IMG/VR virus record: IMGVR_UViG_3300046804_001439 | Location: 1 to 58,684 of that record | Strand: one strand, 5' to 3' | From: a virus | Taxonomy: Duplodnaviria > Caudoviricetes | Length of the DNA stretch: 58,684 nucleotides | Part shown: positions 20,506 through 29,777 of the stretch, piece after piece | Layout: each line of letters starts with the position of its first letter | How positions within the stretch are numbered: position 1 is the first letter of the stretch | Notes under the pieces: generated by a model | The model's input: the letters and a program-made list of their open reading frames with translations, nothing else | Told to the model about the DNA's origin: nothing | Database searches by the model: none | Position numbers and translations under genes: made by a program

Positions 20506-20891
20506 TATATATGTTCTATAACCTCCCAATTACAAGCACCTGTCACAGTTATAGTTGTTGAATTAATTAAGTAAGCCCCATATTTTGCTGAAACAAAAGA
20601 GTTTGTATTAGGTATTGTTGCTGTTATGCTTCTTGTACCAGAATAGGTTGGAAATGATCCATTTTGATTTAGGCTTCCGCTTGGAGCACCAACTGCACCA
20701 CCAGCTGGTGTATAAACACCTTCAGTAGTTCCAAGTCCCGCTACTGTTCCAGAAGAGCCAGTAGAAAAAGAATTTACAAAAGATTTAGAAATATCCACCG
20801 ATGATATTGTTACGTTGCCAGCAGAAGCTGCAGTACCTCTTTGAATTGATTTTATTGGAGAAGATGTTAATGGATATAAATTAGATGCCAT
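20505..20891 (-). CDS. tandem paralog 2 of small IKSIQRG protein
   Basis: Same motifs; TAATG coupling. Confidence 0.75.
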   Translation of the reverse strand: MASNLYPLTSSPIKSIQRGTAASAGNVTISSVDISKSFVNSFSTGSSGTVAGLGTTEGVYTPAGGAVGAPSGSLNQNGSFPTYSGTRSITATIPNTNSFVSAKYGAYLINSTTITVTGACNWEVIEHI

Positions 20892-21271
20892 TATGCATAC
20901 TCCACAACTTGCCAGTAACAGGCTCCACTTACAGTTATAGTTGTTGAATTCAAAATATAGGCTCCGAATGACCCTGATGTTAAACTAGTTGTTCCGCCAG
21001 AAAATGTTCTTGTTCCTGTAAGATTTGGATAGGATCCGCTTCCTGGATTAAAGTTTGGTGAAAATATAGCCATGTTGCCACCACTTGGAGTATAAGTTCC
21101 GCTTGTACTACTATTTGTTGCTATTATCCCACTTGATGAATTTGAAAAAGAATTAACAAATGCTTTAGAAACATCTATAGATGATATTGTTATATTTCCA
21201 GAAGAGGCAGCAGAACCTCTTTGCACAGACTTAATTAAAGAAGCTTGCTCTGGAAATACTGATAGTGCCAT
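20891..21271 (-). CDS. tandem paralog 1 of small IKS(V/I)QRG protein
   Basis: Same motifs. Confidence 0.75.
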   Translation of the reverse strand: MALSVFPEQASLIKSVQRGSAASSGNITISSIDVSKAFVNSFSNSSSGIIATNSSTSGTYTPSGGNMAIFSPNFNPGSGSYPNLTGTRTFSGGTTSLTSGSFGAYILNSTTITVSGACYWQVVEYA

Positions 21272-21272
21272 A

Positions 21273-21602
21273 TTATGACAACTCTACTCCGCTCATATGA
21301 ACTGTAAGTGCTGAGTTAACAGAAGCCCACCCGACTACTGTTTGTGTTCCACTTCCACCTAAAACTTGCTTAAGATCAAATGAGGCAATGCTATTTGCTG
21401 GAACAGATACTGCTGTTGCAAGAGCAACCTGTGTTCCAGATGCATCTGGTAATGTTATATTAAATGTAGCTGCAGTACCAGTTATATTGCTAACAATTAT
21501 ATTTGTTAGTACTGTTGTGGTAGATGCAGGAACGGTATAAAGAACTGTTGTATTCGTAGTAGTAAGAGTAGTTCTTGCTAATAGCTTTGATAGTGTTGGC
21601 AT
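21273..21602 (-). CDS. small fibre adaptor protein (paralog of 13395..13730)
   Basis: MPT...LYTVP...SN...SGVELS. Confidence 0.6.
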   Translation of the reverse strand: MPTLSKLLARTTLTTTNTTVLYTVPASTTTVLTNIIVSNITGTAATFNITLPDASGTQVALATAVSVPANSIASFDLKQVLGGSGTQTVVGWASVNSALTVHMSGVELS

Positions 21603-21612
21603 TTATTCTCCT

Positions 21613-23004
21613 TTAGTATGCTTCCATTATTTGCATAATTTCAATGTTTTTATTTATATCAATTCCAAGTCCTGGAACTCTAAGCCTTCTAATATTTACG
21701 CTTCCTAATGTGATTTCATTTTCAGCTGTTACAGAAGACTTTTCTGCAAATGCTCCTATAATTATATTGTTATCTCCACTTGTTGCTGCATTACCAGCAT
21801 TCATTCCAACAGCAGTATTAAAAGATCCAGTAACATTATATAATGAGTTTGAGCCTATAGCAGTGTTGCTTCCTGCTGTGGCTGAAGCTTGTCTTATTGC
21901 TGAAAATCCAATTGCAGTATTAGAGCTTCCTGTTGTATTCATATATAATGCATCTACGCCCAATGCTGTATTTTGCGATCCAGTAGTATTGCTTCTAAGA
22001 GAATCTGCCCCAATTGCTGTTATAGAAGATGATTCATTAAATGCACCAAGGGCGTTTCTTCCTAGAGCAGTTATATAGCTACTACTAGTTTGTCCATAAA
22101 CAGTTCCTAGAGTATTTCCAGCTGCTTGTGAAGTTACTGGTATTGCTGCCCAAGAAGCAACTGTTCCATTTGTAGTCAAGTACTTACCGTTTTGACTAGA
22201 TTGTGATGGCAAAGCATCTATTGTTGTACTTCCGCCTAATGAAACTGCTGATCCGTTTATTGTAATAGAATTATTTGATAAAGCTGAATTTGGAATATTA
22301 ATTAAATTTGCACCAGAAGTATTTGCTGGGAAAGTTACTGTTCCAGTAAAAGTTGGAGACGCAATCGGTGCATATGTTGACGCAGCATTTGCTTGAGACA
22401 AATACGTACTTACGGCTGTTGCAGAATCTAGCTTGTTTCCAAGGGCTGTAGTTATGGTGGCTGCGTATGAGGCATCATCATTTATTGCAGCGGCTAATTC
22501 ATTTAGAGTATTTAGTGTTGTTGGTGCGGCATCAATAATATTAGAAATTTGTGTATCAACATAAGATTTATTTGCTGCATCATTATTTGAAGATGGAGAA
22601 GCTAGGTTAGTTATTTTAAAGTTGCCCGCAGAAAAATCGGCAGAAAGAGCCGAACCAGATCCAATTGTTTTATTAGTTAATGTTTGTGCTGTTGTCTTAT
22701 CAACTACTTTATCTCTATCAACTGAAATGGCTATTGTATTTAACGTATCATTATATGTTACATTGATTCCATCATGTGTTCCGTTTTGTAAAAATGCTCC
22801 AATATAATCCTGTGTTGCTTCATTAACATCTCCTGGAGATATGTTAATATAAGAAAGAGAATTCCAACCTAAAGATCCATTTCCAACCTTTAGTCTATTA
22901 TTATCAGTATTTAATCCAAGTTCTCCAGCCGCCAATATTGGGTTTGCTGCTAACCATTGTGCGTTTGTTCCACGTCTTATCTTAATTGCAATATCTGATG
23001 GCAT
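21613..23004 (-). CDS. fibre protein with Mtd-N-like N-terminus and YadA-head-like repeats
   Basis: IKIRRGTNAQW...NPILAAGELG; C-terminal NT(A)(I/L/V)G 14-aa repeats. Confidence 0.75.
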   Translation of the reverse strand: MPSDIAIKIRRGTNAQWLAANPILAAGELGLNTDNNRLKVGNGSLGWNSLSYINISPGDVNEATQDYIGAFLQNGTHDGINVTYNDTLNTIAISVDRDKVVDKTTAQTLTNKTIGSGSALSADFSAGNFKITNLASPSSNNDAANKSYVDTQISNIIDAAPTTLNTLNELAAAINDDASYAATITTALGNKLDSATAVSTYLSQANAASTYAPIASPTFTGTVTFPANTSGANLINIPNSALSNNSITINGSAVSLGGSTTIDALPSQSSQNGKYLTTNGTVASWAAIPVTSQAAGNTLGTVYGQTSSSYITALGRNALGAFNESSSITAIGADSLRSNTTGSQNTALGVDALYMNTTGSSNTAIGFSAIRQASATAGSNTAIGSNSLYNVTGSFNTAVGMNAGNAATSGDNNIIIGAFAEKSSVTAENEITLGSVNIRRLRVPGLGIDINKNIEIMQIMEAY

Positions 23005-23258
23005 TATGGAGTACCTCCATCAATTGATCCTGGATTTGGCAATGTGTTTCCAGATACAGAGAAAATATCTCCGTCATATGTATGTATGTGACTTAAAATT
23101 CCTTGACCAGCATTTGCTACTGGTAGCCAAGCCTCGCCTGTATAAAAATATAATTCATCATCAGTAGTATTATAGTAGATATCTCCAGCTTTACCGTCAG
23201 TTGGATTTGTTGGAAGGGCTACTGCATTTAAGGGAACTAAGCGTCTTACTGATGCCAC
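23004..23258 (-). CDS. small virion protein
   Basis: GDIYYNT...Y-x-G-x-x-W module and IDGG end, shared with 15527..16288. Confidence 0.6.
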   Translation of the reverse strand: MASVRRLVPLNAVALPTNPTDGKAGDIYYNTTDDELYFYTGEAWLPVANAGQGILSHIHTYDGDIFSVSGNTLPNPGSIDGGTP

Positions 23259-23268
23259 TTATTTACTC

Positions 23269-24243
23269 CTAACCAGTTACTACTACTCGATAAGCTCCGC
23301 TAGATGGTGCTGCAGCAAATTTAACTGTTATTGCAGATGTTGATGTATGTTCAATGTCCACTTCAACTTGTGCAAAAGGTGATAGAACCTCATATACCTG
23401 AACAACAAGATCTTTTGTTCCTAAATTATGTGTTACTGTATAAGAAGTTGCAGATGTTGCAAGTGTTTCTGAGTATTTACGAACAATTGAATGATAGTTG
23501 GCTCCATCATTGGTTAATTGCCACTGATCAGCAGACTCGTTCCATTTCAGATCAACATCATTTTCAACACCACGATGTACCTTAATACCAGCATCAACAG
23601 ATGGGGTATTTTCCTCTGGCATGTCGCTATTAAGATTTATATAGTTATCAGATATATTTACTTGTGTTGTATTTACTGCATTAATAGACCCAGTAACATT
23701 TAGGTCTCCGCCAACATTTAAATTATTTGGAATTGTTACATCATTTGGGAATGATGCAATTGTTGTATTAATTGTTGCATTTTCAGAACCATCAAATGAA
23801 ACTGTACCAGTTACTTGACCAGAAAGACTAATAGTTCTAGCTGTTTGTAATTTTGATGCTGTATCAGCATTTCCAGCTAATGAAGCTGTAATTGTTCCAG
23901 CTGAGAAGTTACCACTTGAATTTCTTTGTACAACAAAGTTTGGAGTGTTTGCAGAAGAAGCATCTATTCCGTGAGTGTGATCAGATCTTGCTACTGATGT
24001 TGCTACGCCTTCAGAAGATGTTCCGCCAAGATTAACCTTTGATATGATAATTCCGCCAGTACCAAAGTCTCCACCCATTCTGGCCCAGTATGTACCATTG
24101 AAGAAGAAGAGAGCATTGTCTACGTTATTATAATAAATCTGTCCAGAAACTGGGCTCGATGGTGCTGAGCTTAAGTTTTGGATTCTGGCATTGGCTAATT
24201 CGTTTTTATTTAAGTCAATGCTTACAAGAAATTTTCTTGCCAT
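23269..24243 (-). CDS. fibre/virion structural protein
   Basis: GQIYYN, ADTASKLQTARTISLSG and VTHNLG motifs. Confidence 0.65.
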   Translation of the reverse strand: MARKFLVSIDLNKNELANARIQNLSSAPSSPVSGQIYYNNVDNALFFFNGTYWARMGGDFGTGGIIISKVNLGGTSSEGVATSVARSDHTHGIDASSANTPNFVVQRNSSGNFSAGTITASLAGNADTASKLQTARTISLSGQVTGTVSFDGSENATINTTIASFPNDVTIPNNLNVGGDLNVTGSINAVNTTQVNISDNYINLNSDMPEENTPSVDAGIKVHRGVENDVDLKWNESADQWQLTNDGANYHSIVRKYSETLATSATSYTVTHNLGTKDLVVQVYEVLSPFAQVEVDIEHTSTSAITVKFAAAPSSGAYRVVVTG

Positions 24244-24255
24244 TTATTTTCTCCT

Positions 24256-24726
24256 CTAAGACAGGTATGCTGTCCCTGAAAATGGTTGTGCCATTATCAG
24301 TGTTAGTTCGTCAACACTATTATAGTCTATTCCAGTCTCTAATACATCTCCAGAGCTAGCCTTAACAGTAACATTTGGCTTATAGCCAAGATTATGATAA
24401 ATCTTAAGAGCCCATTGACCAGGCTCAAATTCTTCAACCTGTGGCAATTCCCAAGAATACTCCATAGTTTGTGCATTTAATGCAATTCTATCAGATGTTT
24501 CCCAAGATCCGTCGGCAGGCTTTGGACCCCAAAACTTTGAAGTTGTTTTATCATAATAAAAGTCTCCAGTTGTACCAATTTCATCACCTGGATCACCTTC
24601 ACCATTTAAAATTGTTTTTCCAGCAGGGCCCTGTGGGCCTGGAGTATAAACAATTACTTCATTTACTTCTTCTGTAACGGCTAAAGTATTTGTCTCAGAC
24701 GTTACTACAATTGTTTCATCAGCCAT
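24256..24726 (-). CDS. virion protein with short collagen-like motif
   Basis: GPQGPAG, GDFYYD, HNLG motifs. Confidence 0.6.
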   Translation of the reverse strand: MADETIVVTSETNTLAVTEEVNEVIVYTPGPQGPAGKTILNGEGDPGDEIGTTGDFYYDKTTSKFWGPKPADGSWETSDRIALNAQTMEYSWELPQVEEFEPGQWALKIYHNLGYKPNVTVKASSGDVLETGIDYNSVDELTLIMAQPFSGTAYLS

Positions 24727-25076
24727 TATATTGTCACCGATCTACTTAAAGTTAAGTATCCTTCTAATAATTTTCTTTTAACGCCAACTTCATCTGTAAC
24801 CATTAGATCGTAAGCTGATTTTGGATAAAACAATTTATTTGTTTCTGTTGGAGTCATTGTTATAATAATTTTTCCTAAATTTGGAATTATTTCAATTCCA
24901 CCATCTTCATCAGAAGTTAATGTAACTGCTAATTTACTTCCGCCTTGAGTGTCACGAACCTGCATTTTTGCAGTAGCATCTTGAAGTACAATTGGATTTC
25001 CACTACTATCTTTATATTCGATAGTAAAAGAAAATGTTGTATTTTGGTCAACTTCAAAATTTTTTACAGATGCCAT
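24726..25076 (-). CDS. BppU-N-like/Ig-fold virion protein
   Basis: DQNTTF...AKMQVR...YDL...LLEG pattern. Confidence 0.55.
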   Translation of the reverse strand: MASVKNFEVDQNTTFSFTIEYKDSSGNPIVLQDATAKMQVRDTQGGSKLAVTLTSDEDGGIEIIPNLGKIIITMTPTETNKLFYPKSAYDLMVTDEVGVKRKLLEGYLTLSRSVTI

Positions 25077-25147
25077 ATTTCTCCTAATAAAAAAAGACTC
25101 CTATGCTTATTTTAGCATAGGAGCCATTTTAAGATGCTATTTAATTA

Positions 25148-25372
25148 TTACTTCTTTGTGAAACCAAAAGCTGGTTCGTTTGTATTTAGCGCTTTTAGAA
25201 TTACTGGCAAAACTGCTGCAATTCCACCCTTAACTAAATCTCCTGGGTCTGTATTACCAGTCATGTAAAGAGCGATGGCTGCACCAAGAAAATGGCGACC
25301 ATAGCTTGCTAACGCTGCTAGAATCTTCTCTTGCATTGTTACCTTTCCATCATTATTTAGATCTTGTTTCAT
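25148..25372 (-). CDS. small membrane protein (holin-like)
   Basis: Two hydrophobic segments, ends LNTNEPAFG; RBS AGGAGG. Confidence 0.5.
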   Translation of the reverse strand: MKQDLNNDGKVTMQEKILAALASYGRHFLGAAIALYMTGNTDPGDLVKGGIAAVLPVILKALNTNEPAFGFTKK

Positions 25373-25442
25373 AAGATCCTCCTATTTCTGGGCCTTGTGC
25401 CCAGGAATTTTGGGTGTTACCCCAATTCTTATTATACGCCTA

Positions 25443-27377
25443 TTAGGCGGAAATGTCTACAATCTCACAATTTCCATCTGAGGTGCAGGCAAGAGTCTGT
25501 GTGCCACTAGTCCCATCTTCTGTTTCATAGAAAGATAAATCTTCCCATCGAATGCTTGATGGCATTTTTGCAAGCAATTCTAAGTATTCTGTTTCTGTAA
25601 CCTCTTGATATGGAGCTTGCTTGTAAGAGTGATCAGAATGCGGTAAAAATGAAATTCCAGATACCTCATCAAAATGCTTATATACCCAAGCACCAACTTC
25701 CATCCATTCATCTTCCTTTACAGAAACTGTAATAGATGGCTTATGTTCACACCATGCACGTTGATATACTAGCCAAGTATTTAGGTGTTCAATTGCCGTT
25801 AAGTCATTTCTAAGAATTGCACCTTCTGGTGCTTTTACTGGAAATGAAAATACATAAGTGTCGTTTGGTTTCATAAAATCATCTTCTACTGGAATTCCAA
25901 CTTCCTTCAAAAATGTAGATAGTGGATCTTTCTTATCACCACGAACTGTGCGAATATAATACTGTGAATGCCATGGATGCATTCCTGAAGAAACTCCTAC
26001 AAGCTGTGAGACAGTTCCAGAAGGTTTAACGCATGTGATAGCAGCAGATTCATTTATTCCAATTTTTTCTGCCTCTTCTTTATTGGTTTCACGAGCATAG
26101 TCACGGAGACCCTCTAAAGCCTCTTCAAGTTTTTTAAGATTTTCTTTTCCAGAAAAAAATTTATTTCCAAACTGACCAGTTAAAGAAACTCCAAGTAGGC
26201 GTTCCTCTTCTGTGTTATCTTTCCAAATCTTACGAAGATACTTAAAGTCTGTAAGAGTAGATTGCCATGTGCCAAGAATTGTGGCTAGGCGAACCTTTTC
26301 TGCTACTGTTTTTGTTGTGTCTGATTCTCTAATAACGACTTCGGATAAATTACAGAACTGATAAGGTCTAAGGATAATTTCTGAGCATGGGTTAGTTCCG
26401 TAGTGGATTTCTGGATCTCTACGACCCCACCTTGCTGCTTGCTTCTGAGCTGCTGCAACATTGTATATGCCACGCTCACCTGATTTTGAATCATATAGGT
26501 TCTTCCATTCAGCAATAAACTGTTCCATTTCTGGTTTGCGAGAATATGCTACTGAGTTATTTGATAATGCTCTTTGTGAATTGTTTTCCCACCAGTTTCC
26601 TGATTTTGCTGCAGCCATTTCAATATCATTAATATTAGACAAGGAAATCATTGCAGAGCGACGAACTCCACCAACAACTACAATTTCGCCAATCTTACAC
26701 ATAATATCATGAGCCTCAATAGGCTTCAACTGGCGACCTGCAGCTGATTTAAACTTTGCAATTGTAAAATCAAAAAGATTAACAAGTGGTTGTGGACCAG
26801 ATGAACGACCACCCATTGTCTTAAGACGTGCACCTGCTGGGCGAAGTTTTGAAACATCAATTGACGGAATCTGTCCTGCCCAAAGCATTGCTAGAAGTTC
26901 ACGGTATGCCTTTGCCCAACCAGTTTTTGAATCTTCTACAACAATAATTGTAGATGATTTTTCAAAAGATTCTGGGACGGCAGGAAGTTTATTAACATAC
27001 TTATATTCAACAGAGAATCCTACACCCGTTCCACACATCAAGATATACATAGTTTCATCAAATGAACGTGGGTTATCTACTGGAACAAACGAGCAATTAT
27101 ATCCTGCTACATGGTCTCTATCTAATGCTGCTCCAGCTGTCATAACTGAACGCATTGATGGCATTACGTTTCGATTATAAACAGCGCTCTTAAGTTCTTC
27201 AACAAGTTTACTTGATGGCTCATAGCTATAATTTTGAAATAGATGATCAAGCATAAAAGCAAAATATCTATCTACTGTTTCACCCCATGTCTCACGACGA
27301 TTTTCTTCAGAGATCCATCTTGCATATCTTGATAATGCAATAAAATTCTCATAGGGATTTTCAATAACTTTTGCCAT
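25443..27377 (-). CDS. nrdJ: class II (adenosylcobalamin-dependent) ribonucleotide reductase
   Basis: YNC, GTNPCSEI, TCVKPSGTVSQL motifs, C-terminal C-x5-C pair; 644 aa RTPR-like; no beta subunit adjacent. Confidence 0.9.
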   Translation of the reverse strand: MAKVIENPYENFIALSRYARWISEENRRETWGETVDRYFAFMLDHLFQNYSYEPSSKLVEELKSAVYNRNVMPSMRSVMTAGAALDRDHVAGYNCSFVPVDNPRSFDETMYILMCGTGVGFSVEYKYVNKLPAVPESFEKSSTIIVVEDSKTGWAKAYRELLAMLWAGQIPSIDVSKLRPAGARLKTMGGRSSGPQPLVNLFDFTIAKFKSAAGRQLKPIEAHDIMCKIGEIVVVGGVRRSAMISLSNINDIEMAAAKSGNWWENNSQRALSNNSVAYSRKPEMEQFIAEWKNLYDSKSGERGIYNVAAAQKQAARWGRRDPEIHYGTNPCSEIILRPYQFCNLSEVVIRESDTTKTVAEKVRLATILGTWQSTLTDFKYLRKIWKDNTEEERLLGVSLTGQFGNKFFSGKENLKKLEEALEGLRDYARETNKEEAEKIGINESAAITCVKPSGTVSQLVGVSSGMHPWHSQYYIRTVRGDKKDPLSTFLKEVGIPVEDDFMKPNDTYVFSFPVKAPEGAILRNDLTAIEHLNTWLVYQRAWCEHKPSITVSVKEDEWMEVGAWVYKHFDEVSGISFLPHSDHSYKQAPYQEVTETEYLELLAKMPSSIRWEDLSFYETEDGTSGTQTLACTSDGNCEIVDISA

Positions 27378-27469
27378 TTTTGTATAAAACTCCTTCTCCG
27401 CCCTGCGGTTAATAAAAAAAATGAATAGGTTCTAATTCTACCAAACTTTATTTAGCGTGTGAAGGGGTT

Positions 27470-28462
27470 TTAAAATTTTTCCTCTAAATGTTTAAAAGCA
27501 TTCTTAGTCAACTTAAGCCAATTATATTTTTCGTGAATTTCAGTCGACTGAGCATAGTAATATCCAGAATATGCTTTAAAGTTTTCAACAACATCAAACA
27601 TTTGTTCTGCTAAATGGCTTTCATCTGGTTTAAACATTTTACCAACATGTGGATCTCCAACAGCTTTTGGTAAAGTCTCAGTTGTTAGTTGAGACTTTAA
27701 CTTTAGTGGGCCAATATATTCTTTATATTCTGCCCATTGATAAGTTGTGATAGTTGGCATTCCAGAAGCAAGTGCTTGTAGTGGAATAAATCCAAAACCT
27801 TCTCCCCAGGTTGGATAAATTAAACAGTGGTGACGATGAAATAGATTAACCAGTTGATCAATATTATATTCGTCTTTAATAATTGTTATGTTGTTGTATA
27901 TATCTGTAGGAAATACTAATTGTCCATATTTATTATAAGACCTTAATGTATGTGTATTATGGGCTTTAACAGTTAAATGATATTTTGGATTATTTCCAAA
28001 AAGCTTTCCAAAAACATCTACTGTCATTTGTCCGCTTTTTCTTGGAGCTGGCTCTCCAACATGTAAAAATCTAAAAACTTCTCCAACCTGTCTTTTATAT
28101 GGTTTCCAAACATCTTCTATTCCATGCGGATAAACCATAATATCTTTTGTTACACCATTATTTTTAAATACTTCTGCATTCCAATTTGATGTTGCCCAAA
28201 CTTCATCACAAATATTCATTGTGTCAGCCCAATCTTTTCTCATTCCAGTTGATTCCCATGGAGTATAACCAATTTGATACTGGCCTCTATGCATTTTATA
28301 AAGATGTGGCTGAGTAAAATTTAATTGAATTTGTGAATTTGGATCTGACCATCTAACCTCATGACCTAATTTATGTAATGAATTAACTATATGTTGTGCT
28401 GCATAACCAAAGCCCACCGCTGGATTTAATCCAGATCTTGGTATGTATAAAGAAATTTTCAT
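27470..28462 (-). CDS. glycosyltransferase, GT4-like
   Basis: PTWGEGFGFIPLQALASGMPTI GT-B signature; TPWES. Confidence 0.85.
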   Translation of the reverse strand: MKISLYIPRSGLNPAVGFGYAAQHIVNSLHKLGHEVRWSDPNSQIQLNFTQPHLYKMHRGQYQIGYTPWESTGMRKDWADTMNICDEVWATSNWNAEVFKNNGVTKDIMVYPHGIEDVWKPYKRQVGEVFRFLHVGEPAPRKSGQMTVDVFGKLFGNNPKYHLTVKAHNTHTLRSYNKYGQLVFPTDIYNNITIIKDEYNIDQLVNLFHRHHCLIYPTWGEGFGFIPLQALASGMPTITTYQWAEYKEYIGPLKLKSQLTTETLPKAVGDPHVGKMFKPDESHLAEQMFDVVENFKAYSGYYYAQSTEIHEKYNWLKLTKNAFKHLEEKF

Positions 28463-28483
28463 TTTATTTTCTGGTCAACTAAC

Positions 28484-28513
28484 TTGACAGTAACTTACTG
28501 TCAATGCTATTAT
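28484..28513 (+). promoter_or_regulatory. sigma70-type promoter with perfect 21-bp palindrome over -35
   Basis: TTGACAGTAA-C-TTACTGTCAA (28484..28504); TTGACA-N18-TATTAT with TGn. Confidence 0.65.
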
Positions 28514-28540
28514 TATAGTTCGTTATCTCTAAAGGAGGAA

Positions 28541-29116
28541 ATGCCGATGGAGAATATAAAAGAGCGATTCAGCGATGTTGCACATAACTGGACTGCTATA
28601 GCAATGATAACATTATTTTTGTTCACAAACAATAGTGTTGTCAGCGTAATTCCAAAAGCGGAGGCTTTAGTTGTAAAACCAGAGCAGACGCAAATGCAAG
28701 AAGCAAAACTGAAAAAAGAAACGCTGGAAAAATTCAGCAACACTGTATATAAGCCTTCAGAGCTTCTTACAGACGAAGAGTTGGTAAAACTTCTCAAAGC
28801 TGTAGGATTTGAAGGTAGCGCCCTTAAAATGGCGTGGGCTATAGCCAAAGCGGAGTCTAATGGACGCCCTATGGCTTATAATGGCAACAGGAATACTGGA
28901 GACAGTTCCTACGGAATTTTTCAGATCAATATGCTTGGAAACCTAGGTATAGATCGTAAAGAGAAATTCGACCTGAGATCAAATGTACTATTGTTTGATC
29001 CAGTAATAAACGCAGAGATAACGTATTATATGACCAAGGGCGGAGATGATTGGTCATCTTGGCCAAATTCGATTGGCAAAGCTAAGAAATTGGTAATGCA
29101 ATTTCCAAAAGTATAA
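28541..29116 (+). CDS. membrane-anchored lysozyme-like lytic transglycosylase (SLT family)
   Basis: AIAKAES, SYGIFQIN, WSSW motifs; N-terminal hydrophobic segment; RBS AAGGAGG before ATG 28541. Confidence 0.8.
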   Translation: MPMENIKERFSDVAHNWTAIAMITLFLFTNNSVVSVIPKAEALVVKPEQTQMQEAKLKKETLEKFSNTVYKPSELLTDEELVKLLKAVGFEGSALKMAWAIAKAESNGRPMAYNGNRNTGDSSYGIFQINMLGNLGIDRKEKFDLRSNVLLFDPVINAEITYYMTKGGDDWSSWPNSIGKAKKLVMQFPKV

Positions 29117-29125
29117 GGAGATGAA

Positions 29126-29338
29126 TTGAAGATACAAGTTGTATCTAAATATTTAACTCTGTCAGAAGAGGGCCTTGTTCCTGGGCTTAAGTGTCCAGTA
29201 GATCAAGGCCTTCTTCTACCTAATCAAGATTTTGATGATAATATATATTTATACTGCTTGTCATGCAGCTATAAAAATAATATGGGGTTAGAGGTATATG
29301 ACAGAATTGAAAGAGCCGTCAAACAACATACAAACTGA
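29126..29338 (+). CDS. small Zn-ribbon-like protein
   Basis: CPVD...CLSC; RBS AAGGAG, TTG start. Confidence 0.6.
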   Translation: MKIQVVSKYLTLSEEGLVPGLKCPVDQGLLLPNQDFDDNIYLYCLSCSYKNNMGLEVYDRIERAVKQHTN

Positions 29339-29414
29339 TGGCGGTAAAATAGTAGAACTCGATGCAATGGGCAGAGAAGTATTTTGGCAGGATATAGGAA
29401 GACCAAATGACTGA
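29298..29414 (+). CDS. 38-aa hypothetical protein
   Basis: MTELKEPSNN...DAMGREVFWQDIGRPND; GAGG upstream; bridges two genes. Confidence 0.45.
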   Translation: MTELKEPSNNIQTDGGKIVELDAMGREVFWQDIGRPND

Positions 29415-29628
29415 AGAAAATAATCCACAACAATCAGAAAACTTAGAAGATAATCTACCTATGGTAAATTATATTATGCTTCATAGGATTTACGACATAT
29501 TAACACTCATTTCTAATAAATTAGTCGGAGCAGAAGATACTTCAAAAATGGTAAGCTATCATGAACAAGGATATTTGCTAGGACCAACTCCAGCATATAG
29601 TCCTCAAGAAAATCAAAACAACTCTTGA
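29407..29628 (+). CDS. hypothetical protein
   Basis: 73 aa ORF in operon. Confidence 0.6.
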   Translation: MTEENNPQQSENLEDNLPMVNYIMLHRIYDILTLISNKLVGAEDTSKMVSYHEQGYLLGPTPAYSPQENQNNS

Positions 29629-29653
29629 CTTTAAATTTATATCATTTTATACT
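29625..29653 (+). promoter_or_regulatory. sigma70-type promoter of sRNA-B
   Basis: TTGACT-N17-TATACT. Confidence 0.75.
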
Positions 29654-29659
29654 ATAAAA

Positions 29660-29758
29660 GCACAGGTTGTAGCATCCCACCACTTTTGCTCCCTGTGTTA
29701 CCCGTTAGGGTAGCAAATCCCAATCGGATCCGCCTCTGATTGGGATTTGTTCTTTTTT
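29660..29758 (+). ncRNA. candidate ~100-nt three-hairpin sRNA (sRNA-B)
   Basis: Own promoter; no ORF; stems GCACAGG/CCTGTGT with AGCA/TGCT (loop TCCCACCACTTT), TACCC/GGGTA, and GCAAATCCCAATCGGA/TCTGATTGGGATTTGT (loop TCCGCC) followed by T-run. Confidence 0.75.
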
Positions 29759-29777
29759 AGCGGTATAATAGACCCAT

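Noticed and set aside
14190-23004. Diversity-generating retroelement suggested by Mtd-N-like fibres
   Set aside because: No reverse transcriptase and no template/variable repeat pair differing at adenines seen in the window
668-26712. Plus-strand ORFs antisense to structural genes and nrdJ (e.g. 5360..5704, 6173..6643, 21644..22078)
   Set aside because: Shadow frames of codon-biased minus-strand genes; no RBS or motifs
25443-27377. Intein or intron in nrdJ
   Set aside because: ORF is continuous and of normal length with no splice motifs
27378-27470. Cobalamin riboswitch before nrdJ
   Set aside because: Leader is too short and has no B12 box
28463-28540. c-di-AMP (ydaO) riboswitch before the transglycosylase
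   Set aside because: Gap is only 78 bp and is filled by promoter and RBS
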